Positions 37,507 through 45,829 of a stretch of DNA of 64,000 bases are shown here, piece after piece. Each line of letters begins with the position of its first letter. The first letter of the stretch is position 1. This DNA is from an uncultured Thermotogae bacterium (lineage in GTDB: Bacteria; Bipolaricaulota; Bipolaricaulia; UBA7950; UBA9294). The translations under genes were made by a program, and so were the position numbers. The notes below the pieces were generated by a model that was given only the letters and a program-made list of their open reading frames with translations, did not search any database and was not told the origin of the DNA. Location: NCBI GenBank assembly GCA_964570515.1, contig CAZMYM010000006.1, forward strand, positions 15,613 through 79,612, in the 5' to 3' direction.

Positions 37507-39246
37507 ATGCGGAACACTCGGGCAAATGAGGGAGGCTACAGCGTGGGCTCAGCAAGAGAGGGATTCGTTCTTTGGTTCACCGGTCTTTCCGCCTCGGGCA
37601 AGACGACGCTCGCCAAGGCCGTCGAACGCGAGCTGATCGAGCGCGGGATCCACGACGTCCAGCGGCTCGACGGGGACGTCGTCCGGCAGGATCTCACACG
37701 GGATCTCGGCTTCTCGAAAGAGGATCGCGACGAGAACATCCGTCGCATCACGTTTGTCGCGGAGCTCCTGTCCAACAACGGCGTGGCCACCATGTGTTCC
37801 TTCATCTCGCCATATCGAAACGCACGTGCCAATGCTCGTGCGCGGTGCCGCAACTTCATCGAGGTCTTCGTCGAGTGCCCGATGGACACTCTCGTGGAGC
37901 GAGATCCCAAAGGGCTCTACAAGAAGGCCTTGGCAGGGGAGATCCAGGGGTTCACCGGCGTCGACGATCCGTACGAGACGCCCGAATCTCCCGAGGTCAT
38001 CGTTCACACCTGTGCTGAGACCGTCGACGAGTCCACGCAGGTGATCATCGACTACTTGGAGAGCCGAGAGCTGATCCACGTTGTCGAAGATCGCTCGGTG
38101 GCCCGTGCGGCTCCGACCGACCTTGTGAATCGAATCGCCGAGAACGCCGAGAACTTGCCGCAGCCGAGTGGACCCGCGATCGAACTCTCCTCGGCACACC
38201 TCTGCGAGCTCGATGCGATCGGATGTGGGCTCTACACCCCGCTGACAGGGTTCATGACCGAAGCGGAGTACGAGCGCGTCGTCGACGCGATGCGGCTTCC
38301 CGATGGCACGGTGTGGGCGGTACCGGTGACGCTTCCCGTTCCGACCGGGCTTCTGGAGGAGATCAAGCACGGCATGATCCTTCCGCTGTGCGACGAGGGA
38401 GGCGAGACCTACGGCCTCATCGAGGTCAAGGACGTGTTCGTCAGAGACCTGGAGAAGGAGGCAGAAGCGGTCTACGGAACCGCCGACCCGGACCATCCCG
38501 GCGTCAGCCGGCTGCTCTCGGAATCCAGGACGACCGTCGGCGGCGACATCCACCTGCTCCGGCGTGCGCCGATCACGAGCCACGGCTCCCACATGGATCC
38601 CGCGGAGACACGGGCAGCCTTCGCCGAGAAAGGCTGGGAAACGATTGTCGCGTTCCAGACTCGCAACCCGATTCATCGGGCGCACGAGTATCTACAGAAG
38701 TGCGCGCTCGAGATGGTCGACGGACTGTTCATCCATCCGCTCGTCGGCGAGACGAAGGCGGGAGATATCCCGGCTGACGTTCGATGGCGCTGCTACGAGG
38801 AGGCCCTTGCCGGCTTCTATCCGGCCGACCGCACGATGCTGGCTCCGTTCCCCATCCCCATGCGATACGCGGGGCCTCGAGAGGCTCTCCATCACGCCAT
38901 CTGTCGCAGGAACTACGGCTGCACGCACATCATCATCGGACGCGATCACGCCGGCGTCGGGAGCTACTACGGAACCTACGATGCCCAGCAGATCTTCGAT
39001 CGCTTCTCTCCCCACGAGCTGGGCATCGTGCCTCTCAGATTCGAGCGCGCCTTCTACTGCGAGACATGCGGCCAGATGGCGAGCACGAAGACCTGCCCGC
39101 ATGGGGTGGAGGATCATGTCTTCCTATCGGGGACAAAGGTTCGAGGGATGCTGGCCGATGGGGACGCCATTCCGGAGGAGTTCACACGCCCGCCCGTCGC
39201 CGAGATCCTCCGCAAGGCCTACCGGGAAGACCCGCAGAGTGAATGA
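37507..39246 (+). CDS. Bifunctional adenylylsulfate kinase (N-terminal) / sulfate adenylyltransferase (C-terminal): PAPS synthase-like fusion
   Basis: ORF 37372..39246; ATG at 37507. The N-terminal APS kinase P-loop is GLSASGKTTLA. The C-terminal ATP sulfurylase has QTRNPIHRAHE and HIIIGRDHAGVG. Confidence 0.88.
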   Translation: MRNTRANEGGYSVGSAREGFVLWFTGLSASGKTTLAKAVERELIERGIHDVQRLDGDVVRQDLTRDLGFSKEDRDENIRRITFVAELLSNNGVATMCSFISPYRNARANARARCRNFIEVFVECPMDTLVERDPKGLYKKALAGEIQGFTGVDDPYETPESPEVIVHTCAETVDESTQVIIDYLESRELIHVVEDRSVARAAPTDLVNRIAENAENLPQPSGPAIELSSAHLCELDAIGCGLYTPLTGFMTEAEYERVVDAMRLPDGTVWAVPVTLPVPTGLLEEIKHGMILPLCDEGGETYGLIEVKDVFVRDLEKEAEAVYGTADPDHPGVSRLLSESRTTVGGDIHLLRRAPITSHGSHMDPAETRAAFAEKGWETIVAFQTRNPIHRAHEYLQKCALEMVDGLFIHPLVGETKAGDIPADVRWRCYEEALAGFYPADRTMLAPFPIPMRYAGPREALHHAICRRNYGCTHIIIGRDHAGVGSYYGTYDAQQIFDRFSPHELGIVPLRFERAFYCETCGQMASTKTCPHGVEDHVFLSGTKVRGMLADGDAIPEEFTRPPVAEILRKAYREDPQSE

Positions 39247-39264
39247 TGCCTGTCGCGCCAGGCT

Positions 39265-40284
39265 TCAAGGTTCGGTCTGACTTTCACCAAAGGCGGCCCC
39301 CTGCTTCGGCCATGTGATGGTCGAAGGCTCTGGGTTAATGATCCACCGGTCGCTTTCGAGGCGAGCGTAGCTTGCGCTCAGCTGCGTGGCCTCACCGGCG
39401 AGGAACGAAGAGTAGACCTCTCGCGCCGTCATCGTCTCTGTGAGTGGCATGAGGACTGCGTGCATCTGCAGCGATGTTCGGATGAAGACTAGCGCGCCCC
39501 ATGGGTCCGCGGATGGGATTCGACAAAGGAGCAGGTTGCCGTCTGATACCGTTCCCCTGAAGCCAATTGGGACCTTCATGACAGGTCTCACCATGTGCTG
39601 TACTGGACTGAAGAAGCGTTTGGCCAGCTCGCGGATCTCGCGCTTCGGTCTTCTGCCGTATCGCAGGAAGAACTCCCCAAGCATTCCGCGGCCGATGAAG
39701 GCACCATCAGCTGAGAGGGCATATTGGTATCCCAGGAGCTTGAACATCGTCAGGTACGCGGCTTTGAGAAGGGACACGAACGCTTCGATAGTGACGTCCT
39801 TGCTGGCCCACACCTCCCAATTGGCGGCCGCCTTTGCTTGTGCCTCAGTCGGGGGTATCTTGAGACCGAGGAAGACCGATTCCTCCTCAGTCTCAAGCTT
39901 GAAGCCGGTGAAGCGCACTGGCATCGGGCCCTTAGCATAGAAGTGCTCTATTGGCTCTCCGTCTGCGGTGATAGTGATGTTGAAGAGCCTCGATTGCGTA
40001 GGATCGAGCAACACCGAAATGGGACTGCCGCTCTCCTTGTACAGAATCTGGACGAAGTCCGACTCGAATCTCGAACCATAGAACTCATCCACGTCTTTCC
40101 TCTGTACAACCCACTGCCGATCTGAATCGGGGAAGGCGGAGTTGACTACATGGCCACGGCAGAGCTTCGTTTGCTCGTCTGTGTGGAGAACGGGGCAGTA
40201 GAAGTGCGAGAAGGAGCTTCCTGTCAGAGCATTGAAGTCACTCTTCAGCTCACTCAGACTTCGAAGCAGCTCCTTGTCTCGCAT
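39265..40284 (-). CDS. Hypothetical protein with N-terminal Cys/His motif (CPVLH-x7-CRGHVVN)
   Basis: ORF 39265..40386. ATG at 40284 follows GGCGGAGACAACACGCG. 339 aa. No recognised domain beyond the Cys/His cluster. Confidence 0.55.
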   Translation of the reverse strand: MRDKELLRSLSELKSDFNALTGSSFSHFYCPVLHTDEQTKLCRGHVVNSAFPDSDRQWVVQRKDVDEFYGSRFESDFVQILYKESGSPISVLLDPTQSRLFNITITADGEPIEHFYAKGPMPVRFTGFKLETEEESVFLGLKIPPTEAQAKAAANWEVWASKDVTIEAFVSLLKAAYLTMFKLLGYQYALSADGAFIGRGMLGEFFLRYGRRPKREIRELAKRFFSPVQHMVRPVMKVPIGFRGTVSDGNLLLCRIPSADPWGALVFIRTSLQMHAVLMPLTETMTAREVYSSFLAGEATQLSASYARLESDRWIINPEPSTITWPKQGAAFGESQTEP

Positions 40285-40682
40285 CGCGTGTTGTCTCCGC
40301 CTAGGTTCTTCCAACTTCGTGGAGGTGCAGTTCCCGGGACATGGTGACGAACTCAGCTGCGATTCCCATGCACTGGATGTTCCCACTCACAGATCTCGAT
40401 GTCTGTTCTTCCCACACCGATCATCCTAAGGAGATGGTACTGCGGGTCAGGCGCCTACGGAAGCTCTTCGAAGGTCCGTCGGGGCCCTGGCGTCAGGCTT
40501 CTGCTTTCGAATCTAGGGTTATCCGGATGCCCAGCGTGTTCTTCCGCGCTCTAGAGAGCGAGCAGGATTCGCAAACGTTCGTCGACGTCCGCCATGGTTT
40601 TTCCTCAGCGTTTCCGAGGATCTCGGCAAGGCGGTCCTTCAGGATCCATCGAGGCCCGCTTTGTCGCCTGTCCGACGTCCGA

Positions 40683-41096
40683 CTATTCGAAGCTCGCCTT
40701 CTCGACCTGCCTCTTGACCCAGGCTCGGAAGGTGCTCATACGCTCGATCAGATCGTCGACCTCTGCCTCGCTCGCGACGTTGACCTGCTCGTAGGCGGCG
40801 ATATTGCGCTTGCGACGTGCACGGTCGAAGTACTCCGCGAAGTGCCGCTGATCCTCAGGAAGTCGGTCCTTCAGTTCCGCGAAGGTGCGAGCGTGGAACG
40901 CCTGCTTTCGCACGCGGATTCCGTGAAGACGCAGGACGACCGTCGCCAGCTGCAAGGCCGCGTTGTAGGCGAGTGCGTAACGTGTGTCGAGATGAAGGAC
41001 CTTCACTCTGGCCTGGCCGAGATCGCGCTCGGCGATTCCGAGGAGGCGTTCGACCTCGATGCCGGAAGGGACGACAGGCCTTGTCGCGTCACTCAT
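40683..41096 (-). CDS. hepT: HEPN-domain toxin (HepT-like) of a HEPN/MNT type VII toxin-antitoxin pair
   Basis: 137 aa, helical. Rx4-6H-like HEPN motif region (..ARRKRNIAAYE..). The start overlaps the stop of the upstream MNT gene (ATGA). Confidence 0.75.
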   Translation of the reverse strand: MSDATRPVVPSGIEVERLLGIAERDLGQARVKVLHLDTRYALAYNAALQLATVVLRLHGIRVRKQAFHARTFAELKDRLPEDQRHFAEYFDRARRKRNIAAYEQVNVASEAEVDDLIERMSTFRAWVKRQVEKASFE

Positions 41097-41758
41097 GACA
41101 ACAGCCCCTGAAGTGCCTCCTGATCCCCGATCAGGAAGATCATGTGCTCTCGCATTACGGACTCAATGAACGGGTCGTTCTGTGTCCGCCTTTCGGCAAG
41201 TTCGGATGCGGAGAACAGCGAGACATTGATTTCTCTGCTCAAGGATCTCTCGAGGCTGGTGATTGCTGGTGAGATCTTGCTTAACTTCACGGTTCCGACA
41301 ATGAACAAGTCGATGTCGCTCTCCGGCGTATCCAGGCCCGCAGCGACCGAGCCGTAGATGAAGGCGATGTCGATCCCGCTGCCCTTCGCAAGCTCCTCGC
41401 GGATCGGATCGGCCAGTGCGACAGTCTTGAGAAAGAGCATCCGCAGATCTCCGAAGATCGGATTCCCTTGGTTCGCGCGATAGTAGACCTGGTTCCCCCG
41501 CGGCTCTCGGTGGAGGAGACGGATGGCGGTCAGCCGTTCGAGTTCACGTTGAACCGCACGGGGGAGGAGTCCCGTGAGACGGACGATCTCGCGAACGTAA
41601 AACGACTGATCCGCGTGTCGAAGGAGCAGCGCAAGTACCTTGACGCGGGCCTCGGATCCCAGGAGCTCGTTAAGCATGAGGCCTCCGTATACAGAAAGTA
41701 TACGATCGTATACAGATCGTAGACGGAGGTCAAGTACCTCGTCCAATCTGGCTGTCAC
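41093..41758 (-). CDS. mntA: Nucleotidyltransferase (MNT/MntA-like antitoxin) with N-terminal wHTH
   Basis: The minimal nucleotidyltransferase motif GS..x..DIDL is present (FIYGSVAAGLDTPESDIDLFIV). There is an N-terminal ArsR-like wHTH (VKVLALLLRHADQSFYVREIVRLTGL). 221 aa as listed; the start is uncertain. Confidence 0.75.
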   Translation of the reverse strand: MTARLDEVLDLRLRSVYDRILSVYGGLMLNELLGSEARVKVLALLLRHADQSFYVREIVRLTGLLPRAVQRELERLTAIRLLHREPRGNQVYYRANQGNPIFGDLRMLFLKTVALADPIREELAKGSGIDIAFIYGSVAAGLDTPESDIDLFIVGTVKLSKISPAITSLERSLSREINVSLFSASELAERRTQNDPFIESVMREHMIFLIGDQEALQGLLS

Positions 41759-41819
41759 TACGTCCGATTCGGCTCCCGAGGTCGAAGAAGCCTCGCACGC
41801 AGGGCGTATCTAGCAGACG

Positions 41820-42689
41820 CTAGGTGCGCCCGATTTCGTGCAGATGTAGATTCTTGGCGCCGGCGACGTCGCCGAACTTGGTCAGGACGCACTCGGCCTT
41901 GATCTTCATCAGCTCGTCGTAGCGCTCGTCATCGACCATGGCGACGATCCGACAGATCGAACTCTCGCCGTCGACGAAGCGCCACGGGAAGCAGCCGATC
42001 GTCGCTCGCTGGTTCAAGAGAAGGTCGATGTCGCCGCCAAGGCACTCGGCGTGGATGATCCCGTGCGGGAACAGCTCGATGTGCATCAGCTGGTACTTGG
42101 ACGCGTCGAAGCGTTCGGCGAGAGACTGACCGTACTTCTTCTGGAAGTGCGCGTCGGCTTCCTTCGCCTGGCGCGGCATCCAGTCGCGGATGATCGTGTT
42201 CATCGGATGGTCGGCGCTGCCGCAGTCGAGGCCGATCCAGCGGATCTTCTTCTCACGGCACCAGAGGGCGAACTCACGATCCGGGCCCGGGTGCTTGACC
42301 ATGTAGCGGATCTCGTCGGCCGTCGGCTGATCGAACCCGTAGTGGTGGTAGCCGGTGTGGATGATCAGGATGTCGCCCTCCTTGACCTCGACGCGTTCCT
42401 CGATCATCTCCGGCGTGTAGATGTCGTAGTCCCCGGCAGCGTCGGACAGGTCGACGATGACGCCCTCATGAACGAGGAAGTCGAAGTCAAGCTCGGCGAT
42501 GTCCTTACCCGGCGTGTAGAAGTGGATCTCGCCGTCGAGGTGCGTGCCGACGTGGTTGGAGTGGGTCAACAGCTGCCCGTTCGCTCCGTTTGGCGCGAGG
42601 CGCTTGAAGTACTTCACCTGGAGCGGCTCGTAGGTCGGCCATGGCGGCGTGGCAATCGACAGCGGAATCGTCAGATCGATCATCTTCAT
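41820..42689 (-). CDS. Cyclase family protein (kynurenine formamidase/arylformamidase-like)
   Basis: The HxGTHxDxxxH motif (HVGTHLDGEIH) and downstream conserved His/Asp. 289 aa. Confidence 0.85.
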   Translation of the reverse strand: MKMIDLTIPLSIATPPWPTYEPLQVKYFKRLAPNGANGQLLTHSNHVGTHLDGEIHFYTPGKDIAELDFDFLVHEGVIVDLSDAAGDYDIYTPEMIEERVEVKEGDILIIHTGYHHYGFDQPTADEIRYMVKHPGPDREFALWCREKKIRWIGLDCGSADHPMNTIIRDWMPRQAKEADAHFQKKYGQSLAERFDASKYQLMHIELFPHGIIHAECLGGDIDLLLNQRATIGCFPWRFVDGESSICRIVAMVDDERYDELMKIKAECVLTKFGDVAGAKNLHLHEIGRT

Positions 42690-42860
42690 CGTTCTACCTC
42701 CTTGAGTAGGTCAACTACTCATCTCGCGCAGAGGCGCAGAGTTCGTAGGGAACAGCCTTCTCCCTGGCCGAAACCCTCCTGCCTTGGTTTCTCCGCGTGC
42801 TCAGCGCCTCTGCGCGATACGCTTGTTTTGGTCTCCGGGTCTTCGACAGCTTGGATTCGC

Positions 42861-44297
42861 TCATTCGGTATCCAGCCCTTCTGCAAGAGCCTTTGCGGCA
42901 TTGGCGAAGACGGAGAAGGGCGGGGTGACAAGGCCGGCACCGACCATGCCGACGCCCGGCTCCTTGTGCGCGATCCCGGTGTTGATCGCCGGGACGATTC
43001 CCGATTCGACGACCTTCAGTACATCGATTCCCGTCGGCGTTCCGCGGAAGCCGAGGGCCGGGATCTGATAGGCGCGGCTCTCGGCGAGGGTGATCTTGCC
43101 CATTCGCTTGGTCGTCTCGAGGGCCAGGCTTGGGCTGCCGCCGACGAACTGCACGATCGCTGGGGACGCGGCCATCGCGAAGCCTCCGTAGCCGGCCGTC
43201 TCCGTGATCGCCGAGTCGCCGATGTCGGGTGCTGCGTCCTCAGCGCTAAAGCCTGGCAGGTAGAGTCCGTCGACGATCGGTGCCGGGGCTGTGAACCAGC
43301 GGTCGCCGGTTCCCGACACGCGGATTCCGAACTCGGTCCCGTTGCGGGCCATCACTGTCACGAGCGAACTCCCCTCGATGCCTGCGGCGGCATCGAGCGC
43401 GCACTTGCCGGCCGGCATCGTCAGGTTGAGGAAGAAGTGGTCGTTGGCGTTGAGAAACTCGAGAACGCGGGCCATCGCCTCCTTGGGCGCGTCGAGGCGC
43501 ACTAACGCCGGCGCCAGCTCGCGGATGAGGAGCGACGTGCCGGCGCGATTCCGGTTGTGCCCCTCGTCGCCCATCTGCAGTGCCTGGGCGATCAGCGAGC
43601 GCAGATCGATCGGGCCGGTTGATTCAATGACGGCGGACAGAATCGGCGCTAGCTCATCCCGCATCCAGTTGAGACGCTCGATGACCTCGTCCGCGAACGC
43701 GCCGTAGCGGAGAACCTTCCCGAGGCCCTCGTTCAGCGTGCAGTAGGCGCGGTTGCCGGCGGTCGCGTTCTCGATGATCCAAACTGGCATCGAAGCCGTT
43801 GTGACACCGGCCATCGGTCCAACCGCGTCGTGGTGGTGGCATGGCTCAAACGTTATGTCGCCGCTTGCGGCGAGGGTTTCTGCTTCCGCAGAGGATGCGG
43901 CCGCCTGTTCATAGATCAGTCCGCCGATGACGCCGCCTCGCATCGGTCCACACATCCGATCCCACGTAACTGGCGGTCCGGCGTGAAGGATCGTCTTATC
44001 GGTCATTCCGGGAATCACGTCGCGTGCGATCCCGATGCCGACCACGCGAGGCTCGGCGGACAGTAGCTTTTCGATTGCTGCGGCGTTGGCCGTCTCGATC
44101 CGCTCGATCCAGGCCTCTCCACTCTTGGCGCGGAGGCCATCGACGAGATCGGCCAACCCGCTGTCCCCGCCGGCTGGCGGACGCCAGTCGATGTCGATGA
44201 CCGGTGAGCCGATGTCGCGAAGGGTCTCGGCGAACGTCGCGAGGCCGAGGTTGATCACGCGGAGTTCCTCGGAGAAGAGCTTCTGAATCGCACTCAC
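42861..44297 (-). CDS. ylbE: DUF1116 protein YlbE-like (oxamate carbamoyltransferase subunit AllG-like)
   Basis: Track ORF 42861..44798 has a long Arg-rich N-terminal extension that overlaps fdrA. The real start is GTG at 44297, overlapping the fdrA stop (GTGA). The N-terminus ..IQKLFSEELRVINLGLATFAETL..IDIDWRPPAGG aligns with E. coli YlbE (..LNVINVGIAMFSDDL..VTQLDWTPPGQG). Confidence 0.75.
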   Translation of the reverse strand: MSAIQKLFSEELRVINLGLATFAETLRDIGSPVIDIDWRPPAGGDSGLADLVDGLRAKSGEAWIERIETANAAAIEKLLSAEPRVVGIGIARDVIPGMTDKTILHAGPPVTWDRMCGPMRGGVIGGLIYEQAAASSAEAETLAASGDITFEPCHHHDAVGPMAGVTTASMPVWIIENATAGNRAYCTLNEGLGKVLRYGAFADEVIERLNWMRDELAPILSAVIESTGPIDLRSLIAQALQMGDEGHNRNRAGTSLLIRELAPALVRLDAPKEAMARVLEFLNANDHFFLNLTMPAGKCALDAAAGIEGSSLVTVMARNGTEFGIRVSGTGDRWFTAPAPIVDGLYLPGFSAEDAAPDIGDSAITETAGYGGFAMAASPAIVQFVGGSPSLALETTKRMGKITLAESRAYQIPALGFRGTPTGIDVLKVVESGIVPAINTGIAHKEPGVGMVGAGLVTPPFSVFANAAKALAEGLDTE

Positions 44298-45829
44298 GAC
44301 TTGGCTCCTTGAAGAAGCTCGATGGTCATCCGAACGGCGGCGGCGTTGCTCTCGGCGACCTGAACGCCCGCGTCCTCCAGCGTGGCTCGCTGCTCGGAAG
44401 CGTTCTGCGGATCGAGGTCCGTGCCCGTCACCGAAGCGACGATGTGCAGGTCGCGGCCCTGCTGCCGCGCCGCTCCGATGGCCGATTGAGCGGCGATCGC
44501 GAGGCTTCCTGCAGGATTCCGGTGAGCCCCGTAGCCGATGACGCAGTCGACGAGAACGATGCCCACGGTCGAATCCGAGCCGGCTTGGGCGACGCGTTCG
44601 TCTCGCAACGATGGCTCTATCATCGGATGCGGGCGTCCGATGGTGAAGGCATCGTCGCCGAGATCCCAGAGAACGTTCGCGGCGACTTGTGCCTCTGGAT
44701 GAACCTTCTCGGCCGGATTGGCGGCGACGTTGGAGACGACATCGACCCCGGCTTGGTTCATCAGGCTCCATGCCTCTTGGCAGAGTGTGCCGCCGCAAAA
44801 GAGGCCGATCGTTCGACCGAAGGTCGAGCGATCTGTCGGAGTTCCGGCGAAGACCGGAACTCCCGCCGACGGCGTAGCAGTCGGCGCAAGGCCGGCTGCG
44901 CTGCAGGCGAGCGTAGCTGCCTCAGCGAGCGTGTCGGCGAACTGAACGGCCCATTCGGGGCTTCTCGCTTCGCCTGCGACGAAGTGCACGACGCCAGGTT
45001 TCCCGGCCGCCGCCAGCGACTCGACAACAGCCTTCGCCACGTCGGGGGCCGGCGCCTTGGAGACGACGACGATGACCTCGGTACTCGGATCCTGGGCGAG
45101 GGCCTCGATGCCGAAGCGCGTCATCGCAGCGCCCACGTCGCTCGACAGGTCGCGCCCCCCGGTTCCGATCGCCTGAGAGATCCCGCCTCCGAGCTGATGG
45201 ACGAGCGAGCTGATCTCCTGGATCCCGGTGCCTGAAGCACCGACGATGCCGACTGTGCCGCGACGGCACGTATTGGCAAACCCGAGAGGGACGCCGTTGA
45301 GGATGGCGGTTCCGCAGTCGGGTCCCATCATCAGGAGGCCTCTCTCGACGGCTTCTTCCTTGAGCGCGACTTCGTCTTCGACGGACACGTTGTCGGAGAA
45401 GAGCATCACGTGCAATCCCTGCCGGAGAGCCTGTCGCGCCTCGCGAGCGGCGTAGGTGCCAGGAACCGAGATCAGCGCGAGGTTGGCGGTCGGATCGATC
45501 TCGACCGCTTCGCGGAGGGTGCTCGGACGGTCGGCTGCGGCTTCGCCGTCCTCGGTGGTCCCGGCAAGCAGCTTCTCGAGACGTTCGCTTGCTGCGTCGA
45601 AGACTTCCTGCGACTCCGCGTCGATCGCAATCAGGAGGGAATCCGGACGAATCCGCGATGTGGACTCCTCTAACGTGAAGCCGACACGCCGTAGGCTGTC
45701 GGTGTTTGACGGCGTCCCCATCGCGACGATCGCCTGGCTCACGCCGGGAAGGCCTTCCAGTTCTTGGCTGATCCGCATCAGGAAAACCGAATCGAAGTAG
45801 CGATTCGGCTCGACCAAGACCCGCTTCAT
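44294..45829 (-). CDS. fdrA: FdrA (acyl-CoA synthetase/succinyl-CoA synthetase alpha-like; oxamate carbamoyltransferase subunit AllF-like)
   Basis: 511 aa. N-terminal FdrA-type domain followed by a CoA-ligase/SucD-like fold (GIVGASGTG, LFCGGTL). Confidence 0.8.
   Translation of the reverse strand: MKRVLVEPNRYFDSVFLMRISQELEGLPGVSQAIVAMGTPSNTDSLRRVGFTLEESTSRIRPDSLLIAIDAESQEVFDAASERLEKLLAGTTEDGEAAADRPSTLREAVEIDPTANLALISVPGTYAAREARQALRQGLHVMLFSDNVSVEDEVALKEEAVERGLLMMGPDCGTAILNGVPLGFANTCRRGTVGIVGASGTGIQEISSLVHQLGGGISQAIGTGGRDLSSDVGAAMTRFGIEALAQDPSTEVIVVVSKAPAPDVAKAVVESLAAAGKPGVVHFVAGEARSPEWAVQFADTLAEAATLACSAAGLAPTATPSAGVPVFAGTPTDRSTFGRTIGLFCGGTLCQEAWSLMNQAGVDVVSNVAANPAEKVHPEAQVAANVLWDLGDDAFTIGRPHPMIEPSLRDERVAQAGSDSTVGIVLVDCVIGYGAHRNPAGSLAIAAQSAIGAARQQGRDLHIVASVTGTDLDPQNASEQRATLEDAGVQVAESNAAAVRMTIELLQGAKS

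Noticed and set aside
37549-38685. 378-aa minus ORF antisense to the CysC-Sat fusion
   Set aside because: The fusion has the P-loop, QTRN and GRDHAG motifs. The antisense translation is low-complexity.
42051-43505. 484-aa plus ORF antisense to the cyclase/ylbE region, and the N-terminal 165 aa of track ORF 42861..44798
   Set aside because: Antisense or out-of-context. The ylbE N-terminal extension overlaps the fdrA coding region and is Arg-rich, and the real GTG start abuts the fdrA stop.
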